A DNA stretch of 59,754 bases, filler included, from Asterionella formosa (Eukaryota), in assembly GCA_002256025.1 (NCBI GenBank). It is 9 parts of 9 records of this genome, joined end to end, with 100 filler letters (N's around TTAATTAATTAA, not from the genome) between each part and the next. Parts side by side here need not be neighbours in the genome. Positions count along the whole stretch, not along the records: positions 6,665 to 13,225 come from NKIB01012672.1; positions 13,326 to 19,885 come from NKIB01012673.1; positions 19,986 to 26,540 come from NKIB01012674.1; 6 more parts are not named here. The stretch is one strand, 5' to 3'. Made by a program: the position numbers and the translations under genes. Shown here piece by piece: positions 10,519 to 23,267 of this stretch. The notes under the pieces were generated by a model. The model was given only the letters and a program-made list of their open reading frames with translations, was not told the origin of the DNA and made no database searches. Position 1 is the stretch's first letter, and every line of letters begins with the position of its first letter.

Positions 10519-10614
10519 CCTGCAAGTTGCGGTAATTTTGCTGAAATGAAAGATTTAGCTATCTTTATCCCAGATTAAAATGTAAGTTTAAGCAAAATGA
10601 CCGCAACTTGCTAG
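10519..10614. mobile_element. ~96-bp MITE with ~24-bp TIRs (CCAGCAAGTTGCGGT...ACCGCAACTTGCTGG), TA-targeting
   Basis: Inverted ends are visible. Second copy at 23626-23719; the same TIR followed by TA at 34820-34836. Confidence 0.8.
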
Positions 10615-12042
10615 TACCTGGTACCTCGTACCAGGGTACCGGTACCAGGGTATATGTATGCGGGAAATACCCCATTTTAAATATTTAGAGTACTTAAAAT
10701 AAGGAGTGACAACGAGTACATATACTGTTGCACTATAATACAGTAAATAGAGGACCAAGTCTAGGTAGGTATGTCTATGTATAATATACATATAACCGAA
10801 ATGAAGTGAAAACAATCACTGTGTAGCTACATATTGAAAAATAGTGAAAAAAATAATGTAACTACAGTAGTATGAAATCGTGCATCTCTGTAATAATAAT
10901 CTAAATACATACTAGCTTTTTATGACCACCAGTGTGATGATCAGCAGATATCAATTGATTGGCAATCTAATCTGTGGCACTGTTCTATCTAGAATATATA
11001 CCTCATACATTTTGTCAATTTGCAATGTGGCAGTGAAAAGAATGCAGCTCAAAGTAGGGCAGTCATCATACTAGCCCACACAACGCTTTGCCAAGCAACA
11101 ATACTCATCTATCCTGCACAACCCTTGTAACATTTTTAGCCACCTTACAAACCTAGTTCCAACTTTGCATTCCTACCAAAGAACAAATAGTTTTTGGTGT
11201 AACAGAAAGACTACAATACTGACAGAATTGCTTCCTCCCTCCTACCTCTTTGATGCACATCCTGTATCATTTCTGTTGGTTCATCAACTTGTTAACTGTT
11301 GAAAACTTCTTTCTGGACTCTCCATCATCATTCTGCATACTTGTCACTCCTTCTACCACCAATAATACTGGAGTCAGAAGTCAAAACTCCTCCTGTACTA
11401 AGATGAGAGTCGATTGGCTGATGTCATCCACCTTACTTTCAAACCTAGGCGACATTGCATCTTGATCTGCTGGGAGTACAACCCAAGTATATAGTTCCAA
11501 AAGCAAACTGGCAGCTCTGACTTCCCTCCTTCACCTGTTGTTGGTGTCCCATCACTCACACCTTCCTCTCCTTACCTGCAGGTAAGAAGTAGTCTACCGC
11601 TGCTGCATACCGAGTACCAGTTGGTACCTGGTACCAATGGTACCTGGGTTTAATTCTGTGTACGACCGGTACTGGTACCGTGGTACCTACCAGTAGAGTG
11701 TAATACCGGTAGCTAATATGTACTCGTACAGTGTATATTCCTACGATGATCGTGCGTACAGTTATGGTTTAATTAAACCAAAAAATTAAACCCGCAGTGA
11801 AAGTGGGTTTAATTTTTCAATATCTACATACTGCTACAACACGGTCCGGTCCTTCCACTTGTATTTTCAGATCAATACCGTGCCAGTATAAAATGACCGA
11901 GTAGACACATGATAGCAGAGGCCAACAGGAAAATACAACTTGGGTTTAATTTTACCAATTATGGTAGTGTATGTACATCTAGACTACCGGTACATATACC
12001 TTAACTACATACCGGTATTTCTAGACGCCGGTATTCTAGATA

Positions 12043-12200
12043 CTGGGAGCGCTCTGATAATAAAAAATAATTATATCATGTGTGTATTATAACACAAATT
12101 ATTTTGGGATTTGATACATAATAACGTCGTTGCACTCTGATAATCAAGATATTTTAGATTATTGATCTGACATCAACTGTAAATTTAACTTTAATTTATA
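12043..12200 (+). mobile_element. Terminus of TA-flanked TIR element (CTGGGCGCGCTCTGATA family)
   Basis: TA|CTGGGAGCGCTCTGATAA... matches both ends of the element at 35404-36662. Confidence 0.75.
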
Positions 12201-13023
12201 ACACTTAGTCATAGCGATGCATACTCTTCAGCAAGCAATATGCCTCCTCTTGTTCATTATTTTGAGATATTTCCATCCAAATTCATGCAATTCATCGTTT
12301 TCATTCGATACATTGACATGTCGAAGCAACTGCAAAGGCTTCATTTTGAATAAAATGGGTAATGTAATAAAGCTTAACAATATTTCTGAGCGAAATGGTC
12401 TCACAATTTACTAGTATTCTCTAGAGGATCATTGCAAATGAGAAGCATACAAAGGAAAGAAATACCAAAGATCGAATATCATGACTATGACAACGAAGAA
12501 AAGGAACATCCTGTGAACCAATAATATCGATCTCGATACACAAGCGTTAAGCTTGTCTGATGCTGACTTGCTGCAAGGCGAAGGAGAGATTGCAAAGTCG
12601 CCTACTTCTAACAACATCACAATACTGACCCAGCAGGACACGGAAAATACGTCTTGACAAGCAATAGTATATCGCTTTGTCTACTCAAAAATGGAAGGTA
12701 ACAGTTGACACATGAGCCATCCACTGGATCTGCTAGTTTCATTGAAGAAATTTGTTTAAAAAACTTCAAGAAATGACTGAGTTCACATGCAGCTACTTGA
12801 TACATTCCCGAGATGCCACAGCGTGACATTAATCGCCATTTCAATTTGTAGAAGTGTCATGTGTGGATGCGTCAACATTTTTAGGAGGTGCGAGAGTCTG
12901 GTTGTTGAATTGAATCCCGCCTCTTTTGCCAAATATTATTTTTGTTTTATTGGTCATTTCGTGAGATTCTATGAAGGCATGGCACCTATGTTTGCTAAGC
13001 CAAGAAAGCTTCCATTGGTCAGC

Positions 13024-13117
13024 AAAACCATTATATTTCCATGATGCATCATAGGATTATGATCATCTGATCATAATTTTCGTTATATCATCTAATAATT
13101 TTGATAAATGCCCTCGT
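13024..13117 (+). repeat. ~95-bp palindrome-rich repeat, near-identical to 59382-59477
   Basis: Direct sequence match; contains ATGATGCATCAT and TTATGATCA-tc-TGATCATAA. Confidence 0.8.
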
Positions 13118-13762
13118 AATTTAAATATTAACCCTTTTGACTATGGAAATTTAATTATTATATGTATTGTTTCTTTTAGGTTCCTTTATTTAAATTTCTT
13201 GGTAGGATAATGTACCAGTTAGAGTNNNNNNNNNNNNNNNNNNNNNNNNNNNNNNNNNNNNNNNNNNNNTTAATTAATTAANNNNNNNNNNNNNNNNNNN
13301 NNNNNNNNNNNNNNNNNNNNNNNNNTACCAAAGAAATGGGAAGTCGCCGATGGCGCTTTTTTCGTGTAACTATTACATGAGCAACTCAGAACAATGGTGA
13401 TAAGAACAGATTTGACACTTTCACAGTATGCAACACTCTACACTACAATAATCTGTAGTTCAAAGCAAATTTTGTTTGATTCTATATTTAAATATTATCA
13501 ATTAATAGTCCATGAAAATTTCAAAACGTCTCTTTTGCTTATAATTACTTATCTAGTTGGTCACTACATGCGACTATAACTTGCTGACAACGACTAGAAA
13601 TTACTGATTGGTGAACCATGCAAAAGCAAACCGTCTTCCAGGTGCTGAATACCATCACCATTGCTAGTATTAGGTTACTTGATTTCGATGATCAGAACAC
13701 GACTTGGATTTAATGAATGATAATTTAACATTATAGAAAGTCACTTCAGAGAGTTTGGAATG

Positions 13763-14104
13763 GAAAGCCAGCCTGTCTCGTCCTGTAGGCATGGGACAAG
13801 TCATTGGGAGTGAGTCGAAACTGAATAAGTGCGCATAAAATGTGCGCTACCGGGTCTTCCTTAACGAAATATTGGTGTTACTAAAAATAAATATTTTATG
13901 TTGTGCTTAATACATGTACCAAGTAGCAAAGTGTCGTTCTCATTTTTCATGGAGATGCTCGTTATTTTCTTCATGGTCAAGGCTGCGGTAACAGCATGAT
14001 GCAGGATTCTGTAGTGTTTCAGCCATATATAGAAACAAATCACAACATCTAGGTAAAAAAATTATACTAGCGCCTACAAGGGCTACGGTGCTTACTTCGG
14101 GTAC
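13763..14104 (+). repeat. Repeat family A: terminus of one copy directly followed by the 5' part of the next copy (interrupted by Gypsy)
   Basis: 13861-14104 aligns with 37050-37330 and with the reverse complement of 52945-53116. Confidence 0.7.
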
Positions 14105-14310
14105 ATTGTGAAGTAACTAGCTAGAAGTTGTAGGATTTGTTGAATATATGAGCTTATTAGTTAATCCTTGTGAACAACTCGTTCTCCTAGGATGACAGCC
14201 AAGAATTCAATAGGTGTTAGTCGAGTTCTTTTCTCTTGATAGAGTTCTGATATAGTCTATGTAATCCTAACCCTTTAAGTGTATATGTAGTTGAGCGGGA
14301 TCGCTCACTC

Positions 14311-17300
14311 TCTCACACTTAGGGAAAAACGTTCATCTATGAAAAGGTTTGATGGCTGTGACAAATTTTAATTTGTTTAGTGATATGCATAGTTCGTTAA
14401 AAATTGACTGTGCCATTGGTATGCACTTGAATAATAGTGTAAGGATCGCGCTACAATCATCCAAGGTAGTTGGATTATCCAATAGGATTATAATCTCGTT
14501 GCAAACTTTGTTATCATAAGGCCTTCGATGGAAATTAGCTTGTCGAGGTTTTTCGTCAATTATCACTTGCCGACGGTGATGTATTAATTGTAAATCTGTA
14601 ATAAAAGAAAAATTTAAAATCATGTCACATAGGAAAACCAATGCTCCTGGTGAAATACGCAATGTACTATGAATAGTATCTCGAGTTGCATATGATGCAG
14701 CTGCAAAACATGTATCCACAATATTCTGAGCTTGAAAATCATTAATGGGAGGATGAGCTTTCAACATGCATACTATCCAGTAGAGGTTCACAAATAGCAT
14801 TAGCTTGTGGATTCTTGACTATAGTAGTGACATCTTTAATTCCATTCAACACTAACGGGTGAAGGAAAGAAATACCAGTAAATTCACCTCCATTGTCATG
14901 TATACAAAGTTTGGACGGGTTACCGGGCGGGTTAACCAATCATTTTCGAATTCCAATGCAACTTATTCTGATATATTATTGTTGATACGTGAAATTTTTG
15001 CTAATTTGGTGACGGTGTCAATACAAGTTAGAGTACGAAATTCAATTGCTTGTGCAGCCACTGATATCTTCCATGGACCAATGAAATCCACGGCTAATTC
15101 TGACTATGGTAATAAAAATGCATTCCTAAGGCTGATGTCCACCATAACCAGTACCAGGTAATTGTGTACGGTGACAAGCTTCACATGTGCTTACAGTATG
15201 TTCCACTCGTGCTTTTAATGTGGAGTGAAAAAAATGCGTAGAAACTGTACCGCTTAATCTTGTCATACCCACAGCCATGAGCTGACATCATCTGATGATA
15301 CCAATTAATAATAAGAAAAAACAGTGAAGCAGGGATAGCAATACGCTAAGTGTCCCCTGGATTCTTCACAAAACATATTAAATGTATGTCATGAAAATTG
15401 ATAGAGGGAAAATTTAAAGGATGAATTTGTTGATTGAGAATCAATTTTATATCCAGCAATTGTCTATCATGTATTAAATTATAATCCAATGGATAGTATA
15501 AAACTTTTGCCTAACACCAGATGATTGAGAAAGCAGGTAAGCACGTTCACCATCTAAATCAATTGAGAAAGTGGAAATGGATGTTGAAACTGAAGCTGAA
15601 GATTTCGGCCCAAGATCATCCCCCATCAAAGTCTCAAGCCGCTGGAAGCGAGAAATGGNNNNNNNNNNNNNNNNNNNNNNNNNNNNNNNNNNNNNNNNNN
15701 NNNNNNNNNNNNNNNNNNNNNNNNNNNNNNNNNNNNNNNNNNNNNNNNNNNNNNNNNNNNNNNNNNNNNNNNNNNNNNNNNNNNNNNNNNNNNNNNNNNN
15801 NNNNNNNNNNNNNNNNNNNNNNNNNNNNNNNNNNNNNNNNNNNNNNNNNNNNNNNNNNNNNNNNNNNNNNNNNNNNNNNNNNNNNNNNNNNNNNNNNNNN
15901 NNNNNNNNNNNNNNNNNNNNNNNNNNNNNNNNNNNNNNNNNNNNNNNNNNNNNNNNNNNNNNNNNNNNNNNNNNNNNNNNNNNNNNNNNNNNNNNNNNNN
16001 NNNNNNNNNNNNNNNNNNNNNNNNNNNNNNNNNNNNNNNNNNNNNNNNNNNNNNNNNNNNNNNNNNNNNNNNNNNNNNNNNNNNNNNNNNNNNNNNNNNN
16101 NNNNNNNNNNNNNNNNNNNNNNNNNNNNNNNNNNNNNNNNNNNNNNNNNNNNNNNNNNNNNNNNNNNNNNNNNNNNNNNNNNNNNNNNNNNNNNNNNNNN
16201 NNNNNNNNNNNNNNNNNNNNNNNNNNNNNNNNNNNNNNNNNNNNNNNNNNNNNNNNNNNNNNNNNNNNNNNNNNNNNNNNNNNNNNNNNNNNNNNNNNNN
16301 NNNNNNNNNNNNNNNNNNNNNNNNNNNNNNNNNNNNNNNNNNNNNNCGCAAGGTTTCAGACCAGTAGAAGTTAGCCGATATCCTAACCAATCTGTTTCCT
16401 GGACTACCCATTCACACTTGATCGGATTAACTGTGAAAACATTTGCTTGTAAACGAGTTAAAATAGTATCTAAAGAATGCATGTGATCCTGAAAATTCAT
16501 GGGAAAACAAGAACCCACATCGTCGATATAAATGTCGACGTCATCTTCATCACTAAGAACCTGTTCCATGGTTTCTTGATCAATATCAGACGATTGTTTC
16601 GCCCCCATAGGGAGACGTAAATATTTATATAAATCAAACGTTATAAACCAAACGGAGTGGAAATAGCACATACATTTTGACTCTCCAAATCTAATGCAAA
16701 AATATAGTATTGCATAGACACATCAAATTTTGTGAAAAATGCTTCATAGCCAGCATGGTACTATTTAGTGAGGATTGTTTGTATTCGAGGTAAAGGATAA
16801 ATATTGCAATTGATAACCTTGTTTAATTCACGAAAATCTGACACCCATCTGACATTACCATGCTTTTTGGGAACAATGAATCTAGGAGATGCCCATTTAG
16901 ATGCACCACATTTCTGTAGGACTCAAATATCACATAACCGCTGTTACTCGGTTCTCAAGAATTTTAAATGAATATGAGCGACTGGATACTATTCACGTTG
17001 GTGATGGGGAATAGCGTCTGATAATTATTCCAAATGCACCTGTAATTTGCCGTCAATTAGTGTTTGATATTTAGACAATATAGTGTGGAGAAATGACCGT
17101 TGAACTGCTGTCAAATGAAATTGTTTAGCCATCATTGCATTAATATTCACATGATTATATTTAGCAGCTTGAATTTTCAGCGCATATGATGATTCCACAA
17201 TAGGTGCATCAAAATATAGTAGTACATCACATAATGTTCTCCGTCATCAAAAAATGTGAGAGGATGCATTGGAACAATCATATCAATACAAGAAATGGTA

Positions 17301-17500
17301 ATATTCAACAAATCAGTTGTTAAACCAACTTGACAAAAGAAATCACGTCCTAAAATAGCATCAAATGTGCATACGCCATTGAAAACTTTGCATTATTGGT
17401 GTAAAATACGAGCAGACTGATTAAATTTGGGAAGAATTGATCATAGAAAATAATACTGACGTGAGATGAATAAGTACCAGCTATGGTATATATTAATTGA
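14311..17500 (-). pseudogene. Gypsy pol pseudogene (protease - RT - RNase H - integrase)
   Basis: DAILGRDF (protease, ~17340-17365); YLRLPMG..YIDDV..NPIKCEW..WLGY (RT, 16350-16670); HDNGGEF..KNPQANAICE (integrase). Many frameshifts; internal N gap at 15659-16346. Confidence 0.85.
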
Positions 17501-17515
17501 GAAGTCTTCTTGTTA

Positions 17516-17582
17516 GGGGAGTGGCTTCTTAGTGGTTAGCACACCTCATGAGGTGGCGGGTTAGATTCCTGCAATCTCCACC
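17516..17582 (+). pseudogene. tRNA-Ala-like pseudogene / tRNA-derived SINE head
   Basis: GGGGAGT...AATCTCC-A-CC acceptor stem with G3:U70; A box TGGCTTCTTAGTGG; T arm GCGGG-TTAGATT-CCTGC (B box); AGGTG variable loop; anticodon arm partly deleted. Confidence 0.6.
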
Positions 17583-18250
17583 TGTCGTTCTTGTATGTAG
17601 TCCCTGGGGTTCCAGGGGTGTGGCTGACAAGGAAACAGGTCCTGGTACGTGTCAATTTAAGTTGGTACAAGTGCAATTATTGAATAGCTTTAACGTGCTA
17701 TAAAATATAATTGACATTTATTCTATCACTACTCAAGAGTAGTAGATACTTTGCCTTTTTGTGTTGCATACTGTGAAAGCACATGCAGCAATGCCCATTG
17801 ACAAAATTTTCCATTTATCCGGGTTCATTGTTAAAGCGAAAACTTGTTTTGCTAGTTTCCCCGAGTTTTTTGATGAGACCTGTCAATAACACCATAGAGT
17901 AATTTTTAAGACTAGTAGTACATAGTAATCATCTGTCAACATTGACTGATACCCCTAAAAATCAGTTTACATGAAAAAGCTTCTAGTGACTCTCAAACAA
18001 CCATGCCTGGCGGTAACTTTTAAGATCATTACGGATCTAAAAAAACCTTTAGAGGCAACAGGCCTGCTATTCGGATTCATTGGAGACTTTGTACGAATGC
18101 TACAGTAAATGGCTGAGTTTGCCTATACAAAAATAGGGACACTATAGTGGGACCAGAATTTACTAGCTTCATCGCGTATTTTTCATGAATCATGGTATAC
18201 AACCTAACCCTATAAGTCTATATGTAGTTGAGTGGAATTGCTCACATGGT

Positions 18251-18835
18251 GGTACCCTGAGCATATCGTACATCCCAGTCATAGTAAGTGAGGGGTGCGA
18301 TATGTATGATATTGCAAATATTGCGGTACCCTGTTAGGCTGTTGCATCAGGCGTGATAATGTTTGTGACCATGTATATACATAATGTTACCGGTACTTCT
18401 GTTCATAGTATTAGCCAGGCTATCAGGGGTTACTTCTTGTTGTGTCTGGCTGTTCATGTAGCCATACACTTCATAGGCATCGCTAAGGGTCATTCAGAAA
18501 ATCAATTTTTATTTGAAAGTTCAAGTCGTATTCAGCAAAAAAATTTAAGTCATCGTTAACAACTTCTAAATGTAGAAAGAGATGATTCCTATTTGTATTC
18601 CGAAGCTAGAAGTCAGTTTGCTGAACTGGTTCATCAGTCAGCAAATCCAAGTCATTTTCAGAGACCCATTCTGTAAATCGTCATCAGTCAATCAGAAAAA
18701 TGTTTTCCTAAATTACTTAAGGAATATTATTTCCATCAAAAGCTGGCCTATCTTGTCCAGCAGGCATGGGATGAATCATGGGGAGTGAGTCGAAACTGAA
18801 AAGGTGCGCATAAAGCGTGCGCTACCGGACCTTCG
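18251..18835 (+). repeat. Repeat family A, 3' part
   Basis: Reverse-complement match to 52413-52950 and 43809-44360. Confidence 0.75.
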
Positions 18836-18951
18836 AGGAGTACCAGGTATTGGTACCAGGTACCCTACCTGGTAAGAACCAGACAACCTGGTACCACCAC
18901 CGGCAAATCTGTCACGCACCGTGATCCATTTGTTACAACCATCGGCCCGCC

Positions 18952-19885
18952 ATGAATGTCGTGGCTAGAAGCCTTCGCGTTGGGCTCACGAGAGCAGTGC
19001 CACGCTGGTCCGAAGCCTCTCACACTCACTTCTCATCGAAAGCACCAGTCGACACGGAGGAATGGATTCCACCCGATCGACCGCTGTCGGGGGACAAGGG
19101 ACAGACCCATCTATACCCCAAGAAAGGGAACGAGAAAGAACTGGACTACCTAGAAGAAGAAATATCAATCGCCAAGCTAGAGGAGGCCTTGGCAGTTATT
19201 CAAAGCAAGCCCTTTACTGCATCCGTCGTGCCTGACATGGTGGACTGGCTTGCCAATCGCCGGGCCAAACAGCAAGGCCTAGAAATGATGTTGCCCGACG
19301 AAGCGACTGCGAAGCGACAGGAAGCTACTGATCTACCCGTGCTTCGCGGTACACTTCTGTCATGGCAGGAAATTGAACGATGCATGATCTCTATGGGCGG
19401 CCTGGATATTAACTTGATTCAAGAAGGGAAACAACGACGTATGGGAGGCGCGCGGGGTATGATGTTCATTACCGGGAATACCACTAGTCACATAAGGCTC
19501 ATGGCGGATACTTTGGTACGGCAATTGAAGAAGCGAGAACTGGCCAAGTACAATGTTAACGGAGCAATGTTCGGATCGGAAGGGTCTGAAGACAATGAGG
19601 ACGATTGGAGAATTGTGGATTGCTCAAACTACATTGTACATATACAGTTAGCGGAGACTAGAAAGCGGTTAAATTTGGAAGACTTGTGGAGTGGCAAAGA
19701 CCCACTAACCAGGTTGAATATTCAAGATGAAGATGCTGTGGACCGATACATTTATGAAAATCCTGTGCCACCAGAAATTCATCGTGCAAGAGGACGTAGG
19801 GAATCAATGGATGTTTCAGAGACCATGGCTTATCTTGGAAGGAGTCGCTTCAATCTTCCTCATCGATCCGTCGTAGATAGGCCAG
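18952..19885 (+). CDS. Ribosomal silencing factor RsfS/Iojap (MALSU1-like), probably mitochondrial; 3' end truncated by scaffold end
   Basis: MMFITGNTTSHIRLMAD, EGSE..DDWRIVDCSNYIVHI...RKRLNLEDLW; Arg-rich, acid-poor N-terminus. Confidence 0.8.
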
Positions 19886-19985
19886 NNNNNNNNNNNNNNN
19901 NNNNNNNNNNNNNNNNNNNNNNNNNNNNNTTAATTAATTAANNNNNNNNNNNNNNNNNNNNNNNNNNNNNNNNNNNNNNNNNNNN

Positions 19986-21700
19986 TGTACTACTCTTCTC
20001 CACCCCTTACTTATGTATCCTCTTTTAATTACATAAACTTTCCCATCCCATTTTCATGTTCTATTACCTGCTTTATTCTTCTTTTTGTTCTTTCTGAAGT
20101 GCATGGTACAAAACATATTTGAAACTCCTCAGTTTTTTGAGATAATGTTTGTTTCATATAGTCAATCCACTCAGGAGAGACACATTTGCCTGACTTTGAG
20201 TTCTGGACCTTCTTCGCCATTTCTGTGAGGCCTAGCTACTAGGCCACGGTTGTATCGACTTTTAGGATGATTACAGACCATCATGTGTTTGTCTTTGTCT
20301 CTCTTTCTCTGCATATTGGACACGTTTTAAAACCCTGAAATATCATATTTCGCCTGACTCGTCCCTGATGGGAAGCCAGCCATGTATATTTTTGGCATTC
20401 ATTAGATGTGCTGACTTCTGCTGACTTGAATATGCAGCTGACAACCTTTGTCAGTCTACCAGCAATGCCCTTTCCTTCCCATGTTTAGCATTTAAGTATT
20501 CCTGAAATTGACTCCGTTTTATTCTTTGTCTCATATGTTCTTCCATTGCCGTGTGATTGCGTGTATTATTGATTAGCAGACTTGCTTGCATTGGTGGATA
20601 ATGAACAGAGCATTGGCTTGGTCCACCCCCACCCCGTAGCTAGCTACAAATTTACATCTTTCATGGAAGTTGGATACCATTCTTACTAGTATGTTCTCTC
20701 CTGGCTGTTATAATCATTTCTGCTGAATTCGAGAGATTCTTCTCGCCTTAGAATGGCAATCTTGGCGCGCTTTGATCCAATGTAATTTAAATGTAATAGA
20801 CAATAATGTGTTAATTGTTTCTGTCAGGAGTGACGCGATATCCGCATTTGAATCTTTGCAAGGAGTGCTGTGGCACTATCTGTCCAGATCTGAACTCATG
20901 ATGAAGTATAGTATATTGAGTGATATCTGGTAAATGAATGAATGTGAGAGCTGAGGCGAGGCCAAACAGCTCCGCTCTCCTTGTAGAACTGTTTTGCGAA
21001 TTATCACCATCTACTGGTCCTTCACATGCTGCCGTTGTTTGGGTGGGAACAAAAGAAGTTCCTCTACTGTGCGTTGGTATGCAATGTTCAGCCATGCAAA
21101 CGAACATCTGCTTTAGAGCCATCTGTCGCTACCGAGATATTAAGACCTAACTTCAAATGTCTGCAGAACCTTGTGTCGGAACTTGTGGACATGATTGCAT
21201 CCCTCAAAAGCCTTACTTCGTGTTGGGGAGGTGACCTCGCCCATTTCAGTACAAAAATTTGGTTTTCTAACTCTCAAGTCTTCCGGCTGTGTGTTGAAGT
21301 CCTTTCCTTTGTAGGCAATACTTCCATTCTCATTGAGATCGCATGGGAGGCTGTCCTGGAGCGGCACTTCTCCCTTGTTATTCTTCTCCCTTTGCTGCTA
21401 TCAAATTGTAGAGTCAGAGGACTTGCGGATTGGATAGTAATAATTTCATTGTAGGACCAGTTAAGAAAGTGGAAACTTTTTGCTATGCTTGTTGCGGTCA
21501 TTGGAACCACACTGATGTTTGGTGTTATGCATCAGCCATGTGTTTGTATTTGATATGGGCTGGAATAGAAATATTCCATGATTGCTGACCCCTTTTGTTT
21601 GTTGGATTGAACCCATCTTATATCCCAATCCGGGATTTGAGCATGATGTCAATTAATGGATTTTTAAATAATGGGGGTCTTCTACACATTTCATGTGCTA
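19986..21700 (-). mobile_element. Decayed non-LTR retrotransposon (LINE) fragment with RNase H-like region
   Basis: GPVDG..NSSTRRAELFGLASAL RNase H-type motif at ~20950-21030; fragmented ORFs; boundaries approximate. Confidence 0.5.
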
Positions 21701-22474
21701 TTGTTGATACAGATATTTAATCCAAACATCCATTTCCAAATGAAAAATGTTTGCATTGATTTCTTGATGTAAAATGGAAATTTGTTCCCCCATGCCTTCA
21801 AAACAAGTAATGGTGATTGCCCCAATGGCCATTTTTTTAGCAATAAGAACAGGGTGGTTAATCGATGATAGCGGGCAATCAATTGGGCTGAAATTGGCGA
21901 CGAAAACGAAGAAGTATGACTCTATACTAGGCATGGATGGTAAACAGAATAAATCAGACGACTACATAATCAAACGAACATTTTTCATGGCTGTCATTAT
22001 ATCTAGTCATCAACATTCTATTTTAAAATCACATCCACACATGCAATGAGCTGTTAGAATTGTGGTCGCATTACCAACATGCAACTATCACAAGAAACTG
22101 CAACCCAAAGTTCACCTGCAATTTTGCTGCATACTAGCTAGTATTTCAGAGATTGACGAGACAGCATGGACTTCGGTTGATTGCTGCGATAATAGATCGT
22201 CGCCTCATACAAATGAGCACATCTGTTGCTAGCATTGACAAAGGTGAGCCATGGCAAACTGTAGACCGATCATATGGTTTCGCAATATTGAATGACAAGG
22301 ACAAAGGTCTGTTTTTTTCCAAAATAATTTTATTATGTAATTCAATCCACACAGCACGAGCAACAAAATAAAATAGTTAAAGGTAAAATTAGCTTTCACC
22401 AAGCAATATGACCACTTTGCATATGCTTAGATACAGTCATGGGTCGACTTAGGGGTATGCTCTATATACAGATA

Positions 22475-22626
22475 TGGTAAGGATCTCATTTCTGGAGAGA
22501 AGTGGCAGTTATTTCTCTTAGAATCAGAACTATCCAAAAAATAGTCAAAAAGGGGGGCCATCAAGCTTTAAAAAAAATCTACAAGGGATAACTGCCACTT
22601 CTCTGCAGAAGTTAAATCCTGACATT
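22475..22626. mobile_element. ~150-bp MITE-like inverted repeat
   Basis: TTCTGGAGAGAAGTGGCAGTTAT ... ATAACTGCCACTTCTCTGCAGAA inverted arms. Confidence 0.65.
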
Positions 22627-23267
22627 ATAGGGTACACGGCTATCTATTTCATTCTTCATGAAACCCCGTAGATGTAGAGCAATCCTTCTCCAAAAAGTCG
22701 ACCTGATTGGCTTTTTCAACAGTCGCCAAAATATTGGAATCAGAATTTGTACATGCAAAAACGTTCTCGTATACTTGGAGTCTTGCGTGGGTATGTTTTG
22801 CTGAATAATTCTCAGTCCGAAAAGACTCCAGGGTAAGTTCCCGCGTCCCTACACATATTCTGATTGGTTGAATTGAATTTATTCACCTGCTTCAGATTTG
22901 CTGAAGTATCCCGGTCTTGTAAAATTTCGCCAGCCACACTTGAGCCACACGTATTAGATGTGCTGAAAACTGGTTGGTAAAATCAGTGGTACTGGTACAC
23001 TGCTATCGGTAGTACATCCTGTCCTCCATCATGATGGACCAATATTATGTACTACCTGGTGCTCCGAGTACCGAAATACCGTTACTCTGGGACTCCGGCA
23101 CTGATTTTCATACCGGGTATTTACCTTTGTGCGAGGAGTGATATTGAAACTACACACAGCAACGTAGATTCATTATGAACGTATAAACAAGAGCCATGAG
23201 CATACATTATGGCATGCTCCTAATTTATTTATGTGTTTTGCCGTTGAGCAAAATTATGCCTAAATCC

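Larger units (their letters stand above)
14109..18244 (-). mobile_element. Degenerate Ty3/Gypsy LTR retrotransposon nested in repeat family A
   Basis: 3' LTR at 14109-14307 plus PPT; remnant of the 5' LTR at 18203-18244; flanks CATTG/CATGG (imperfect 5-bp TSD); pol remnants between. Confidence 0.8.

Noticed and set aside
15521..16486. Long ORFs through N runs
   Set aside because: They are artefacts of translating gaps; only the flanking RT fragment is real.
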